From positions 704,001 through 768,000 of the forward strand of contig OZ243041.1 of assembly GCA_965212055.1 (NCBI GenBank): 64,000 nucleotides of DNA, read 5' to 3'. A program made the translations under genes and the position numbers. The notes beneath the pieces were generated by a model. It did not search any database and had not been told where the DNA came from. It saw only the letters and a program-made list of their open reading frames with translations. Source of the stretch: Fidelibacterota bacterium. Its GTDB lineage: Bacteria > Fidelibacterota > Marinisomatia > Marinisomatales > Marinisomataceae. Shown in pieces: positions 9,741-19,508 of the stretch (its first letter is position 1; each line of letters begins with the position of its first letter).

Positions 9741-12700
9741 TTATATTTTAAATAATCTATCTGCTTCTTTATAATATGTTTCTACAGTAGCCAATCTCAC
9801 CTCTTCATATCCTCTAACCAGATCTGGTAACTCAGAGAATTTCACTAAGTCTTCATATTTTCCATTGGATATTTCATTAATATTATTGTTAAGTATTGTT
9901 TTGTAATGATGTAGGATTTCTCTATCAGTTTTACGTACATCACTGCTAAACCAAGACATGAAATCAAATTTAGTTCCCCTTAGAAATTTGAATCGTTTCA
10001 AAGCCATATATCCATATTTAAACCATCTAGGTAGAGCAAGTTTACTTTTCACGCCAGGAATTTTATTCAATAATGGAATATCTTTGAACATCTTTAAAAA
10101 TGGTGGATGAAGCATATAATAAATTTTTGCTGATTTTCCGAATTCTTGATTTAATGCAGTATTTAGCTCAGCTTTCAAAGATAAACGTGCTACTTCATAT
10201 TCATCTTTTATTGCCATTAATTTGTAGAGGTATCTTGCAACATTTTTAGTAAGTAGAGGTGAAGAATGTTCTCGTTTTTCAACAGCATGAATCTCTTTAA
10301 CAAAATTGATATATTCTTCTGCATATTGTACGTTTTGATAATCAACAAGTTCAGGAACACGGAATTCTAGAATTTGTTTTAATTCATCATCTGGTTTTTT
10401 AATTTTATTAATTAAAGATTGAGAAATATCATCCAGTTCTGGTTTTACATCGATATTACCAGATCTATACAAGCTTAATGATTGTAACCAATTTGGATCA
10501 GCAACCATTTTTCTACCCAAATTAAATGCATCTTGATTCTTTTTCACAACAACACCATTAATTTTAATGGCTTCTAAAATGGAATCGGCATTAAGTGCAA
10601 CATATCCAGACTGGTATGCAGCTCCAATAACAATAAAATTTGCTTGCATATTGCTATCAAAAAAATGTTCAGACAATTCAGTAGCATTTAAAAGAATATT
10701 TTCTTTAGAAAATTCTTTAATAAGATCGATTAAATGAGTGGAATCAGGATACTCTTTTTTTGTAGATCTTACCATATCTCCCGTTGGTATTTCAGATGTA
10801 GATATAACGGACATGGAACGTTTTTTATGTAGTCTAGACAAGTTCACTGGATTAGTTCCTGTTAATAAATCAAATACCAAATATACATCGGATTCTCCAC
10901 TGGATACTCTACTTGAACATTCCTTATCTAAATCACTCAAAATTTTCAAGTGAGATACTACAGATCCTCCCTTTTGACTTAATCCAGTTTGATCTAAAGC
11001 AACAACTTTCTTATTCTCCAAAAACGCAGCAGTAGCAACAATCTGATTAACCGTTACCACTCCAGTACCACCGATTCCTAACATAAAAATGTTTGAGCTA
11101 CCATTCGTCAAATCTTTTGGACTTGGCAACCTAGAAGGATCAAAACCTAAATCTGGTAATTGTCTTTTATCATCCTTCTCTGAAGGAATAACTTTTATGA
11201 ATGAAGGACAGTTCCCTTCTAAGCATGAATAATCTTTATTACATGAAGGTTGATCAATTTGTGTTTTGCGTCCAAATTCTGTTTTAACAGGCTGGACACT
11301 CAAGCAATTAGATTTGACTCCACAATCACCACAACCTTCACATGCTGCTTCATTAATAAATATTCTTTCTTTTGGTTCAGGTGCTTGGCCTCGTTTACGT
11401 AATCTACGTAAGTTTGCAGCACAAGCTTGATCATGGATTAAAACCGTAACGCCCTTAATTGATTTTAATTTTTTCTGTACACTAACAATTTCATCCCTAT
11501 GAAAAATCTCAGTATCCTTGTCCCATCTAGATGTTTTGATAGAATCATACGCGCTCGGATCATCGGTAGTAACTATAATCTTCTTTACACCCTCAGATTT
11601 AAGATACTTTGTCAACTCAGGTAAATCTAATGCTCCATCTGGTTCTTGTGCACCTGTCATTGCAACAGCACGATTGTATAAAATCTTATATGTAAGATGG
11701 GAATTTGATGCAACGGCTTGTCTTAGCGCCAATGATCCGGAATGAAAGAAAGTCCCGTCCCCAACATTTTGGAACATGTGTTCTTTTTCAATAAAAGGTT
11801 CCATTCCTACCCATTGTGCACCTTCACCTCCCATATGTGTTGTACCAAACGCTTTACCATCATCAACAAACATTGCCATCAAGTGACATCCAATACCTCC
11901 AAACGCAGAATCGCCTTCAGGCATCTTTATTGTCGAAGTATTGTGAGGACACCCTGAACAAAAATACATTGAACGATTGGAAAGGGATTGTGCATACACG
12001 CGATTATCTATTTCACTTAAAATATTAATCTTTGTATTAGGAGTATCAACATTGAATTTTTTAGAATATCTGTCAAAAATGATTCTACTTATAATATCTG
12101 CAGTTAACTCACCATAACCAGGAATGAATGGATTATTATTTTCATCAGATTTACCCACAATGATTGGCTTATTAGGGTAATTATACATTTCTTCTTTTAA
12201 AAGCATCTCAATAAAAGAACGTTTTTCTTCAATGACGGTTATTTCATTTAATCCTTTAGAGAATTCTTGAATAATTGATGGCTCCAATGGATAGGTCAAA
12301 CCTAACTTTAATATTCGAATACCATATTTATTTAAACAATCGTGTGTCCACCCTAATGAATCAAAAGCTTCCATTACATCATAATATGTTTTTCCAGATG
12401 TTATAATACCAATTGTATCATTTTCAGACCTAACAACAATCTTATTAATCTTGTTTGCAGAAGCAAAATGTTTAGCAGCTTGAATTCTTCCCAAATGAAT
12501 TTCTTTTTCGGTTGGCAGACTATGATGGCCCACTAATTTTGCGTTCTGGATATGTGCCCACGGTTTGCCATCATAAGTAAAATCTGGTATTGTAATTGAT
12601 ATTCTATTAGGATGAACAAATGCACTTCCAAATCCGTCTGCAATATCTGTTACAATCTTAAATCCAGACCACAATCCGGTAAACCTTGACATTCCATAAG

Positions 12701-13268
12701 CATAAAGTCCCAAATCAAGAATTTCTTGAACGTTTCCTGGGTAGAAAATTGGCATCATCGCATCAAAGAGTGCAGGTTCTGATTGAGATGGCAAAGTAGA
12801 GGACTTACAAGAAGGATCATCTCCTGCAACGGTAAGGACACCTCCATTCGTCCCAACTCCAAGATAATTTGCATGTCTAAAGATATCCCCAGATCGATCT
12901 ACTCCAGGAGCCTTTCCATACCACATACCAAGAACACCATCGTATCGCAATTTTGAAACCATATTTGCCATTTGGCTACCATAAATCAGTGTAGCTCCTA
13001 AGTCTTCATTCACTCCAGGAATAAATTTTACATTGTGTTCATCAAGTATTCTTCTATTTTTGATGAGGTTGATATCCAATACACCTACTGGAGATCCTCG
13101 ATACCCTGAAACGAGAGTAGCAGTATTTAGACCTGCAATTAGATCGAACCGATGTTGATCTAGTAATAATCTTACTAGAGCTTGAATTCCAGAAAGAACA
13201 ATCTTACCATCAAGTAAGGTATATTTATCATTTAAATCGAAGTTATTTCTTAGGACTTGTCCTGTCAT
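9741..13268 (-). CDS. Indolepyruvate:ferredoxin oxidoreductase family protein, fused alpha/beta form
   Basis: SGYRGSP, WYGKAPGVDRSGD, FCSGCPHN, TPP motif GDGTFFHSG, CEGCGDC..SNC..C ferredoxin motif, GIGGTGVVT, KDEYEVARL. Confidence 0.92.
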   Translation of the reverse strand: MTGQVLRNNFDLNDKYTLLDGKIVLSGIQALVRLLLDQHRFDLIAGLNTATLVSGYRGSPVGVLDINLIKNRRILDEHNVKFIPGVNEDLGATLIYGSQMANMVSKLRYDGVLGMWYGKAPGVDRSGDIFRHANYLGVGTNGGVLTVAGDDPSCKSSTLPSQSEPALFDAMMPIFYPGNVQEILDLGLYAYGMSRFTGLWSGFKIVTDIADGFGSAFVHPNRISITIPDFTYDGKPWAHIQNAKLVGHHSLPTEKEIHLGRIQAAKHFASANKINKIVVRSENDTIGIITSGKTYYDVMEAFDSLGWTHDCLNKYGIRILKLGLTYPLEPSIIQEFSKGLNEITVIEEKRSFIEMLLKEEMYNYPNKPIIVGKSDENNNPFIPGYGELTADIISRIIFDRYSKKFNVDTPNTKINILSEIDNRVYAQSLSNRSMYFCSGCPHNTSTIKMPEGDSAFGGIGCHLMAMFVDDGKAFGTTHMGGEGAQWVGMEPFIEKEHMFQNVGDGTFFHSGSLALRQAVASNSHLTYKILYNRAVAMTGAQEPDGALDLPELTKYLKSEGVKKIIVTTDDPSAYDSIKTSRWDKDTEIFHRDEIVSVQKKLKSIKGVTVLIHDQACAANLRRLRKRGQAPEPKERIFINEAACEGCGDCGVKSNCLSVQPVKTEFGRKTQIDQPSCNKDYSCLEGNCPSFIKVIPSEKDDKRQLPDLGFDPSRLPSPKDLTNGSSNIFMLGIGGTGVVTVNQIVATAAFLENKKVVALDQTGLSQKGGSVVSHLKILSDLDKECSSRVSSGESDVYLVFDLLTGTNPVNLSRLHKKRSMSVISTSEIPTGDMVRSTKKEYPDSTHLIDLIKEFSKENILLNATELSEHFFDSNMQANFIVIGAAYQSGYVALNADSILEAIKINGVVVKKNQDAFNLGRKMVADPNWLQSLSLYRSGNIDVKPELDDISQSLINKIKKPDDELKQILEFRVPELVDYQNVQYAEEYINFVKEIHAVEKREHSSPLLTKNVARYLYKLMAIKDEYEVARLSLKAELNTALNQEFGKSAKIYYMLHPPFLKMFKDIPLLNKIPGVKSKLALPRWFKYGYMALKRFKFLRGTKFDFMSWFSSDVRKTDREILHHYKTILNNNINEISNGKYEDLVKFSELPDLVRGYEEVRLATVETYYKEADRLFKI

Positions 13269-13278
13269 AATGTTTCAG

Positions 13279-14178
13279 CTATAATTTAAATATTTCTTTG
13301 ATAGATTCTACAACTTTTCGAGGAGTTTCTTCTTGCACAAAATGACCTGCTTTTGTCTTCACAACTTTTGCTTGAGGAAGTAATCTAGCAGTACGCCTTC
13401 TTAATTTCCACATTACTGGATCATTCATCCCCCAAACAATCTGAGCTGGCCCATTATATTCCTGTAAAAATTCTTCAATCTCTTTTTCAAGTGGAACACT
13501 AGGATGATTCATATTGTTGGGAACCATCCGAGCAAGCGCTAAGGGACCACTATTGTCCTTCATTTTTCTTAATGGATACTTGTATGCCTTAACAACATCT
13601 TTTGAAAACGATCCTGGAACACCTTGAAATTTATTTAAAGCAGATAAAGGAAAATTGAATACCCTGAATAATAAATTGCTTATAACAGGCAGTTGAGAAA
13701 GTGCGTGAAACCATGTCGGTTTAAAACCATCTTTTGGTGCAGTAATTGCCGTATTCATTACAATTAATCCATCAATTTTCTTTCCAGCTTTCATTGCACC
13801 GGCAATTCCGATCATCCCACCCCAATCGTGAACAACCATACCGATTTTTTCTTCTTTAATCTGGCTAAAGAAATTAGCCATCCATTCACTATGAGCATTG
13901 AGGGAATGTTCATGAAGTTTTATTTTATCAGAAAATCCAAACCCAATTAAATCAGGTACAATTAATCTTGCCGAGGTACCATCTAATTGATCCAAAATTT
14001 TTCTGTATAAATATCCCCACATTGGATTGCCATGAACAAATACGATTGGCCTTCCAGCTCCTTTCTCCATAACATGCATACTCTTACCATCAACATTAAC
14101 AGAATAATGATTGTAAGGTAATTGTTTGAATAACCAATGTGGAATTTCTTTTGAGTAATCTTTTTCCATAATTAACAT
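13279..14178 (-). CDS. Haloalkane dehalogenase / OleB-like alpha/beta hydrolase
   Basis: HGNPMWGYLYR, PDLIGFGFSDK, nucleophile HDWGG, catalytic AGHFVQEE. Confidence 0.85.
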   Translation of the reverse strand: MLIMEKDYSKEIPHWLFKQLPYNHYSVNVDGKSMHVMEKGAGRPIVFVHGNPMWGYLYRKILDQLDGTSARLIVPDLIGFGFSDKIKLHEHSLNAHSEWMANFFSQIKEEKIGMVVHDWGGMIGIAGAMKAGKKIDGLIVMNTAITAPKDGFKPTWFHALSQLPVISNLLFRVFNFPLSALNKFQGVPGSFSKDVVKAYKYPLRKMKDNSGPLALARMVPNNMNHPSVPLEKEIEEFLQEYNGPAQIVWGMNDPVMWKLRRRTARLLPQAKVVKTKAGHFVQEETPRKVVESIKEIFKL

Positions 14179-14216
14179 GAATTTATAAAAAAAATTGAAT
14201 AAAATACTTTTTAGTA

Positions 14217-14246
14217 TTGACTAAAACAAAAATATTTAGATAACTT
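14217..14246 (+). promoter_or_regulatory. Putative sigma70 promoter of nrdJ
   Basis: TTGACT-N18-TAACTT. Confidence 0.45.
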
Positions 14247-14382
14247 CAGTGTAGCCAGCCGATTATGCTTTTCGAAAGCGTATTGTATTTGTTTAAATAG
14301 CCTTTACTGAGGCTTTTCTTGTCAATAAAACAAGATAATAACGTTAATTTTTAATAACTAAGGGTAGTGAAATAGTACTAGA

Positions 14383-16758
14383 ATGGCAGAAGCAATTGAG
14401 ATAAATTTTCCTATAGAATCGGAAAAAAATCCAACACTTGATCCAGAAATAAAAAGTCAAATTCTTGATTACAATATTAAAGAATCAGATGAGAATAAAC
14501 AGGAAGAGTGTCCAGATGAATTCAAAATAGATAATTACTATAAGGAAGACCATTTAGGAAAGAACGTTTTACAGCAAAAATATCTCGCTCCATGGGAAAA
14601 ACACCCATGGGACCTCTGGAAACGTCAAGCGAAAGCACTAGCAAGTGTTGAAAAAACAAAATCACTTCAGGATAAATGGGAAACAAAATTTTTTGATACG
14701 CTTCTCAATTTTAAGTTTGTTCCAGGTGGTAGAATTATGCATGGTGCTGGTAGAAATGACATTACCACTACCCTAAATAACTGTTATGTCGTTGGAATCA
14801 AAACTGATTCTATAAAATCTATCTATGATTGTGTAATTGAAGAAGCCATGACTTATAAATTTGGTGGTGGATGTGGACATGATTTATCAACTTTAAGACC
14901 TTCTGGAGATCAGATATTAGGAACTGGTGGGAATTCATGTGGACCTACTGGATTTATGAATCTATTTAGCGAAAATACAAATACTATTGCACAACATGGT
15001 AGGCGTGGTGCAAATATGCAAACACTTCGAGTTGATCATCCGGATATCGAAAAATTTATTGAAATAAAAACTGGTGATATAGATATGATAAAATATTCTA
15101 ATATCTCAGTTTTACTAACAGACAATTTTATGGAAGCGGTAGAAAATGATACCGATTTTAATCTAGAATGGAATGGTAAAGTTTATGAAACTGTAAATGC
15201 AAAAGAATTATGGATGAAAATTATCAACCATGCACATGCTAGCGCAGAACCTGGACTTCTATTTTGGGATACAATGAGAAAATATCACAACGCTGAATAT
15301 TGCAGTCCCCTTGTATCTACTAACCCTTGTGCAGAACAACCTTTGCCAGATGGTGGATGTTGTAATTTAGGAGCTCTAAACTTAGAAAGATTTGTTGACA
15401 AGGATGGTAATTTTGATTTTGAAGATTTTAAAGAATGCACTACTACTGCAACCAGGTTTTTAGATAATGTTATCGATTATAATTTAGATCGACATGCACT
15501 TGAAGATCAAAAACAAAATGCAATCAATGATAGACGCGTAGGCCTTGGCATACTCGGATTGGGAGATATGCTTGTTAAAATGGGTATTAAATATGATTCA
15601 GATGAAGCTTTAAATACAATTGCTGAGGTAATGAAAGTTCATCGTGATACTGCTTATGAAACAAGCGTTGAACTTTCATTAGAAAAAGGCCATTTTCCTT
15701 ATTTTAAATGGAGCGGATATTCAAAAAGTAATTTTATAAAAGATCTACCTGAAGATTTACAACAAAGAATAAAAAATGATGGAATAAGAAATTCAACACT
15801 GACAACAGTGGCTCCAACAGGTAGCGGTGCAATAGTTGCACGAGTCACTTCCGGTATAGAACCAATCTTTGCAACTTCATATAAGAGAAAAGTGAAGAAG
15901 AATGATAGCTATGGAAAAGATTTTGATGAATACGACGTGTGTCATCCAGTTATAAAAGAAATGTTCGGTGATGATAAAAATCTTCCTGAATATGTTGTAA
16001 CAGCACATAATGTTGACCCTTATTTCAGAGTAAAAATGCAGGGTGAAACTCAAAAATATATTGATAGCTCTATTTCTTCTACTGTTAATCTTCCTGAAGA
16101 AACAACTGTTGAAACTGTAGCTGACATTTACATGACTGCTTATAAAGCAAACTTGAAAGGAATAACTGTTTATAGAGAAGGATGTAGAGAAGGAATTCTG
16201 GTAACTGACAATAAATCAGAGAAAGTTCAACCAAAACAAGAAACAGAAGAAGATGGAAAAACTGCAAGAAATAGACCTTCAATTACCGAAGGCCAAACTA
16301 GAAGAATGAGAACTGGTGATGGAACTCTTTATATTACAGTTAATAAAGACGAGAATGGCCTTTGTGAAGTCTTTACTACCATCGGAAAGGCCGGTGGAAC
16401 TGTTGCTGCACAAACTGAGGCAATTAGCAGATTAATTTCTTTGGCACTTAGATCAGGAATCGATCCTAATAGTGTCATTAATCAATTAAAAGGCATTAGT
16501 GGACCAAACCCAACTTGGGAAGATGGGCAACTAATTTTATCTACTCCAGATGCGATTGGAAGAGCATTAGAAAATTTTGTACATGGTGATAGTCCAACTT
16601 CAGAAGAAGAAAAACAAGTAAAATTTGAAATTGCACAAGAAACTAATAAACCAACAACTAACCATACAATGAATTGTCCTGAATGTGATCAACCAGGTGT
16701 TGTCAATGAAGGTGGGTGTTACAATTGTAAAGATTGTGGTTGGTCTAAGTGCGAATAA
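14383..16758 (+). CDS. nrdJ: Class II adenosylcobalamin-dependent ribonucleotide reductase with C-terminal TSCPD and Zn-ribbon domains
   Basis: PGGRIM, LNNCYV, GRRGANM, TNPCAEQPL, CNLG, RRVGLG, TVAPTGS, KGITVYR; terminal CPEC..CYNCKDCGWSKC. Confidence 0.93.
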   Translation: MAEAIEINFPIESEKNPTLDPEIKSQILDYNIKESDENKQEECPDEFKIDNYYKEDHLGKNVLQQKYLAPWEKHPWDLWKRQAKALASVEKTKSLQDKWETKFFDTLLNFKFVPGGRIMHGAGRNDITTTLNNCYVVGIKTDSIKSIYDCVIEEAMTYKFGGGCGHDLSTLRPSGDQILGTGGNSCGPTGFMNLFSENTNTIAQHGRRGANMQTLRVDHPDIEKFIEIKTGDIDMIKYSNISVLLTDNFMEAVENDTDFNLEWNGKVYETVNAKELWMKIINHAHASAEPGLLFWDTMRKYHNAEYCSPLVSTNPCAEQPLPDGGCCNLGALNLERFVDKDGNFDFEDFKECTTTATRFLDNVIDYNLDRHALEDQKQNAINDRRVGLGILGLGDMLVKMGIKYDSDEALNTIAEVMKVHRDTAYETSVELSLEKGHFPYFKWSGYSKSNFIKDLPEDLQQRIKNDGIRNSTLTTVAPTGSGAIVARVTSGIEPIFATSYKRKVKKNDSYGKDFDEYDVCHPVIKEMFGDDKNLPEYVVTAHNVDPYFRVKMQGETQKYIDSSISSTVNLPEETTVETVADIYMTAYKANLKGITVYREGCREGILVTDNKSEKVQPKQETEEDGKTARNRPSITEGQTRRMRTGDGTLYITVNKDENGLCEVFTTIGKAGGTVAAQTEAISRLISLALRSGIDPNSVINQLKGISGPNPTWEDGQLILSTPDAIGRALENFVHGDSPTSEEEKQVKFEIAQETNKPTTNHTMNCPECDQPGVVNEGGCYNCKDCGWSKCE

Positions 16759-16796
16759 CAGAAGTTCAAATTATCAAATTGACTTCCCTTTAAATT

Positions 16797-17171
16797 TCAA
16801 TTACCACTGCCAGACCCTAAAGAAACTCCGCATTTTACACATATAACTTGATTAGCTTTTATTTTTGCACCGCATGATTCACAAAAAGGTGAAATAGACT
16901 TTTGAATTTTGTCTAAATTTTTCGCATTCTTTCCGATAGGATCATGCGATTGTCGTTTTCTAAACAATACATTAAAATATTGGCTATTAACAATATATCC
17001 ACCATCTTCTTTAACAATTTCAACCATTTCGTGATGAGGCCAATTCAAAGGAGAGGTAGGGGTTTTTGCAATGATCATCTCGTCCGATGATTTAGAAATT
17101 TTCCATCCCAACTCAATGCATTTTTTTGCTACTTCTGAAATATCCATTTCAGATTTCATAAATCTTTCCAT
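16797..17171 (-). CDS. Hypothetical protein with C-terminal zinc ribbon
   Basis: FCESCG...ICVKCG; fills the gap between nrdJ and frr. Confidence 0.7.
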   Translation of the reverse strand: MERFMKSEMDISEVAKKCIELGWKISKSSDEMIIAKTPTSPLNWPHHEMVEIVKEDGGYIVNSQYFNVLFRKRQSHDPIGKNAKNLDKIQKSISPFCESCGAKIKANQVICVKCGVSLGSGSGN

Positions 17172-17189
17172 AGTTAAATTTACAAATTA

Positions 17190-17747
17190 TTAATTCTCTA
17201 ATATTTCCTTCTCTTTAGATTCTTGGCTTGTGTTTAATTTTCCAATGAATTTATCTGTAAGATCTTGTAAATCATCAAAAAATCGTTTCATATCATCTTC
17301 TGGAATTCTGTCTTCTTTCTCTACCCTTTTTACAGAATGGATAATATCTCTACGGATATTTCTTATTGATATTCTCCCTTCTTCAACAGTGTGAGCAGAA
17401 AATTTTACTAGCTCCTCTCTTCTTTCAGTTGATAATGGAGGAAAAGAAATAATAATTGAATTACCATTATTAGAAGGATTTAGCCCTAAATCTGATTCAA
17501 TAATTGCCTTTTCTATATTATCAAGAGCTGTTTTATCGAATGGTTGAATGCTAACAGTAACACCGTCCATAAGAGAAACATTAGCAACTTGATTTAATGG
17601 AGTTTCATTCTCATAATAATTCACCAAGATTTTGCTGAACATATCTGGATTAGCTCTTCCTGTTCTAATTTTTGCTAATTCATTATCAACAAATACAACT
17701 GTTTGTTGCATTCTAGTACTTGCGAGTTCAAGATTTTGATTTAACAT
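17190..17747 (-). CDS. frr: Ribosome recycling factor
   Basis: IRTGRANP, LGLNPSN, PPLSTERR, IRNIRRD. Confidence 0.97.
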   Translation of the reverse strand: MLNQNLELASTRMQQTVVFVDNELAKIRTGRANPDMFSKILVNYYENETPLNQVANVSLMDGVTVSIQPFDKTALDNIEKAIIESDLGLNPSNNGNSIIISFPPLSTERREELVKFSAHTVEEGRISIRNIRRDIIHSVKRVEKEDRIPEDDMKRFFDDLQDLTDKFIGKLNTSQESKEKEILEN

Positions 17748-17772
17748 AATTAATTAGATAATAGATAAGTTA

Positions 17773-18372
17773 TTAACTTTTTTCACCAAGAGCAAAACGA
17801 ACGAAACGATTAATCGTAATATTCTCCCCAAGTTTAGCAATTGCTTCTTGAACAAGTTGACCAATTTTAACATCAGGGTCTTTGATAAAAGATTGGTTGA
17901 TCAAACAATTCTCTTCAACAAATTTTTCTATTTTGCCATCAACAATCTTTTTGACAACATTATCTGGTTTACCAGTCGATTTTGCCTGCTCTGTATAGAT
18001 ATCCTTTTCTTTATCAATAAGATCAGAAGAGAGATCTTCTTTACTAATAGCAATTGGGTTTGTTGCAGCAATTTGCATCGCAATATTATTTGCTAGATCT
18101 TCAAATCCTTCAGTTTTTGCAACAAAATCAGTTTCACAACCAATATCAAGTAACACACCAAGCTTACTACCATGATGAATATAGGATATAATTAAACCTT
18201 CATTAGCATCTCTTACAGATTTTTTTTCAGCTTTAGCAATACCAGCTTTACGGAGAAAGTCTACTGCTGAATCTAAATCGCCCTTTGATTCAACTAATGC
18301 TTTTTTACAATCCATCATTCCAGCACCAGTTCTTTCTCTCAAGTCTTTAACTAACTTGGCATCTACGCTCAT
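17773..18372 (-). CDS. tsf: Elongation factor Ts (short form)
   Basis: VKDLRERTGAGMMDCKKAL, CETDFVA; start at MSVDAK (18372). Confidence 0.97.
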   Translation of the reverse strand: MSVDAKLVKDLRERTGAGMMDCKKALVESKGDLDSAVDFLRKAGIAKAEKKSVRDANEGLIISYIHHGSKLGVLLDIGCETDFVAKTEGFEDLANNIAMQIAATNPIAISKEDLSSDLIDKEKDIYTEQAKSTGKPDNVVKKIVDGKIEKFVEENCLINQSFIKDPDVKIGQLVQEAIAKLGENITINRFVRFALGEKS

Positions 18373-18373
18373 A

Positions 18374-19108
18374 TTAGTTCTTCTTTTCCTTTGATTCTTC
18401 TGATTTCTTTGAATCATCATCCTTAGATTTGCTATTAACAGTATTTACAATAGTATTTACAATCTCTGTCACTAAAAGTTGAATTGTTCTAATAGAATCA
18501 TCATTTGCTGGAATTGGATAATCACAAGTTGCAGGATCGGTATTTGAATCAACAATACATACTATAGGGATTTCAAGCTTTCTTGCTTCTTGAATCGCAA
18601 TGGATTCAGTCTTTCCATCTACGACAATAATAGCATTTGGTAATTTTTTCATATCTTTGATACCACGATGTTGATCAGAAAGTTTTATTTTTTCACGATT
18701 TAATTTTAATAGTTCTTTTTTTGTTAAATCTTCATAGAGATTAGAACCTTCTTTCTCTAACGATTGAAGTCTTTTAATGCTTTTTTTAACAGTAGAAAAA
18801 TTTGTAAGGGTTCCGCCAAGCCATCGTTCTACAACATAAAACATACCACATCTATCTGCTTCTTGTTGTATTACATCTTTAGCATGCTTTTTAGTTCCTA
18901 CAAAAAGTACATCTCCATTTCTTTCCACTATATTTTGAACAAATAATAATGCTTTATTAAGGTTGTTAATAGTATCGTCCAGATTAATAATGTCTATACC
19001 ATTTTTCTGGGATAAAACATAATCTCGGAAATTAGGGTTTGTTTTGCTTGTTACGTGACCAAAGTGAGCACCAGATTTCAATAAATCGTCTTTTGTAACA
19101 GTAATCAT
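18374..19108 (-). CDS. rpsB: 30S ribosomal protein S2
   Basis: GAHFGH, LFVGTK, RWLGGTLTNF, PANDDSIR. Confidence 0.97.
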   Translation of the reverse strand: MITVTKDDLLKSGAHFGHVTSKTNPNFRDYVLSQKNGIDIINLDDTINNLNKALLFVQNIVERNGDVLFVGTKKHAKDVIQQEADRCGMFYVVERWLGGTLTNFSTVKKSIKRLQSLEKEGSNLYEDLTKKELLKLNREKIKLSDQHRGIKDMKKLPNAIIVVDGKTESIAIQEARKLEIPIVCIVDSNTDPATCDYPIPANDDSIRTIQLLVTEIVNTIVNTVNSKSKDDDSKKSEESKEKKN

Positions 19109-19112
19109 ATAG

Positions 19113-19508
19113 TTATCTTTTTGAGAATTGGAATTTCTTCCTTGCTCCAGGTTGACCATATTTTTTTCTTTCCACTTCTCTAGCGTCTCTCGTTAATAAA
19201 CCATGAGTTTTTAATTGACTTCTTAGTTTGTCATCTGACTTCAAGAGAGCTCTTGCAACTCCCAGTTGAATTGCACCAGCTTGACCAGTTAATCCACCAC
19301 CAGAAACATTAATTTTTAAATCATATTTATCTTGAAGGTTTAAAATTGCAAGAGGTTTCATTGCATGAATTACTAACGATTCCCTTTTTAAATACGAATT
19401 AAGATCAAGTTTACTATTTACAACAAAATTTCCTGATCCGCTGGATAGGTAGACTCTTGCAGTTGAATTTTTTCTTCTACCAATACCGCTAAAAGGTTCA
19501 TTTTTCAT
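19113..19508 (-). CDS. rpsI: 30S ribosomal protein S9
   Basis: GRRKNSTARV, GGGLTGQAGAI, ERKKYGQPGARKKFQFSKR. Confidence 0.98.
   Translation of the reverse strand: MKNEPFSGIGRRKNSTARVYLSSGSGNFVVNSKLDLNSYLKRESLVIHAMKPLAILNLQDKYDLKINVSGGGLTGQAGAIQLGVARALLKSDDKLRSQLKTHGLLTRDAREVERKKYGQPGARKKFQFSKR

Noticed and set aside
9682..9741. 20-aa N-terminal extension of the M43 protease via TAATG overlap with IOR
   Set aside because: MKKIIFILSFFAVLNA at 9681 is a typical signal peptide, so the extension is probably incidental, though not excluded
14383..16758. Intein or intron in nrdJ
   Set aside because: Continuous ORF of normal length; no intein splice-junction or homing endonuclease motifs noticed
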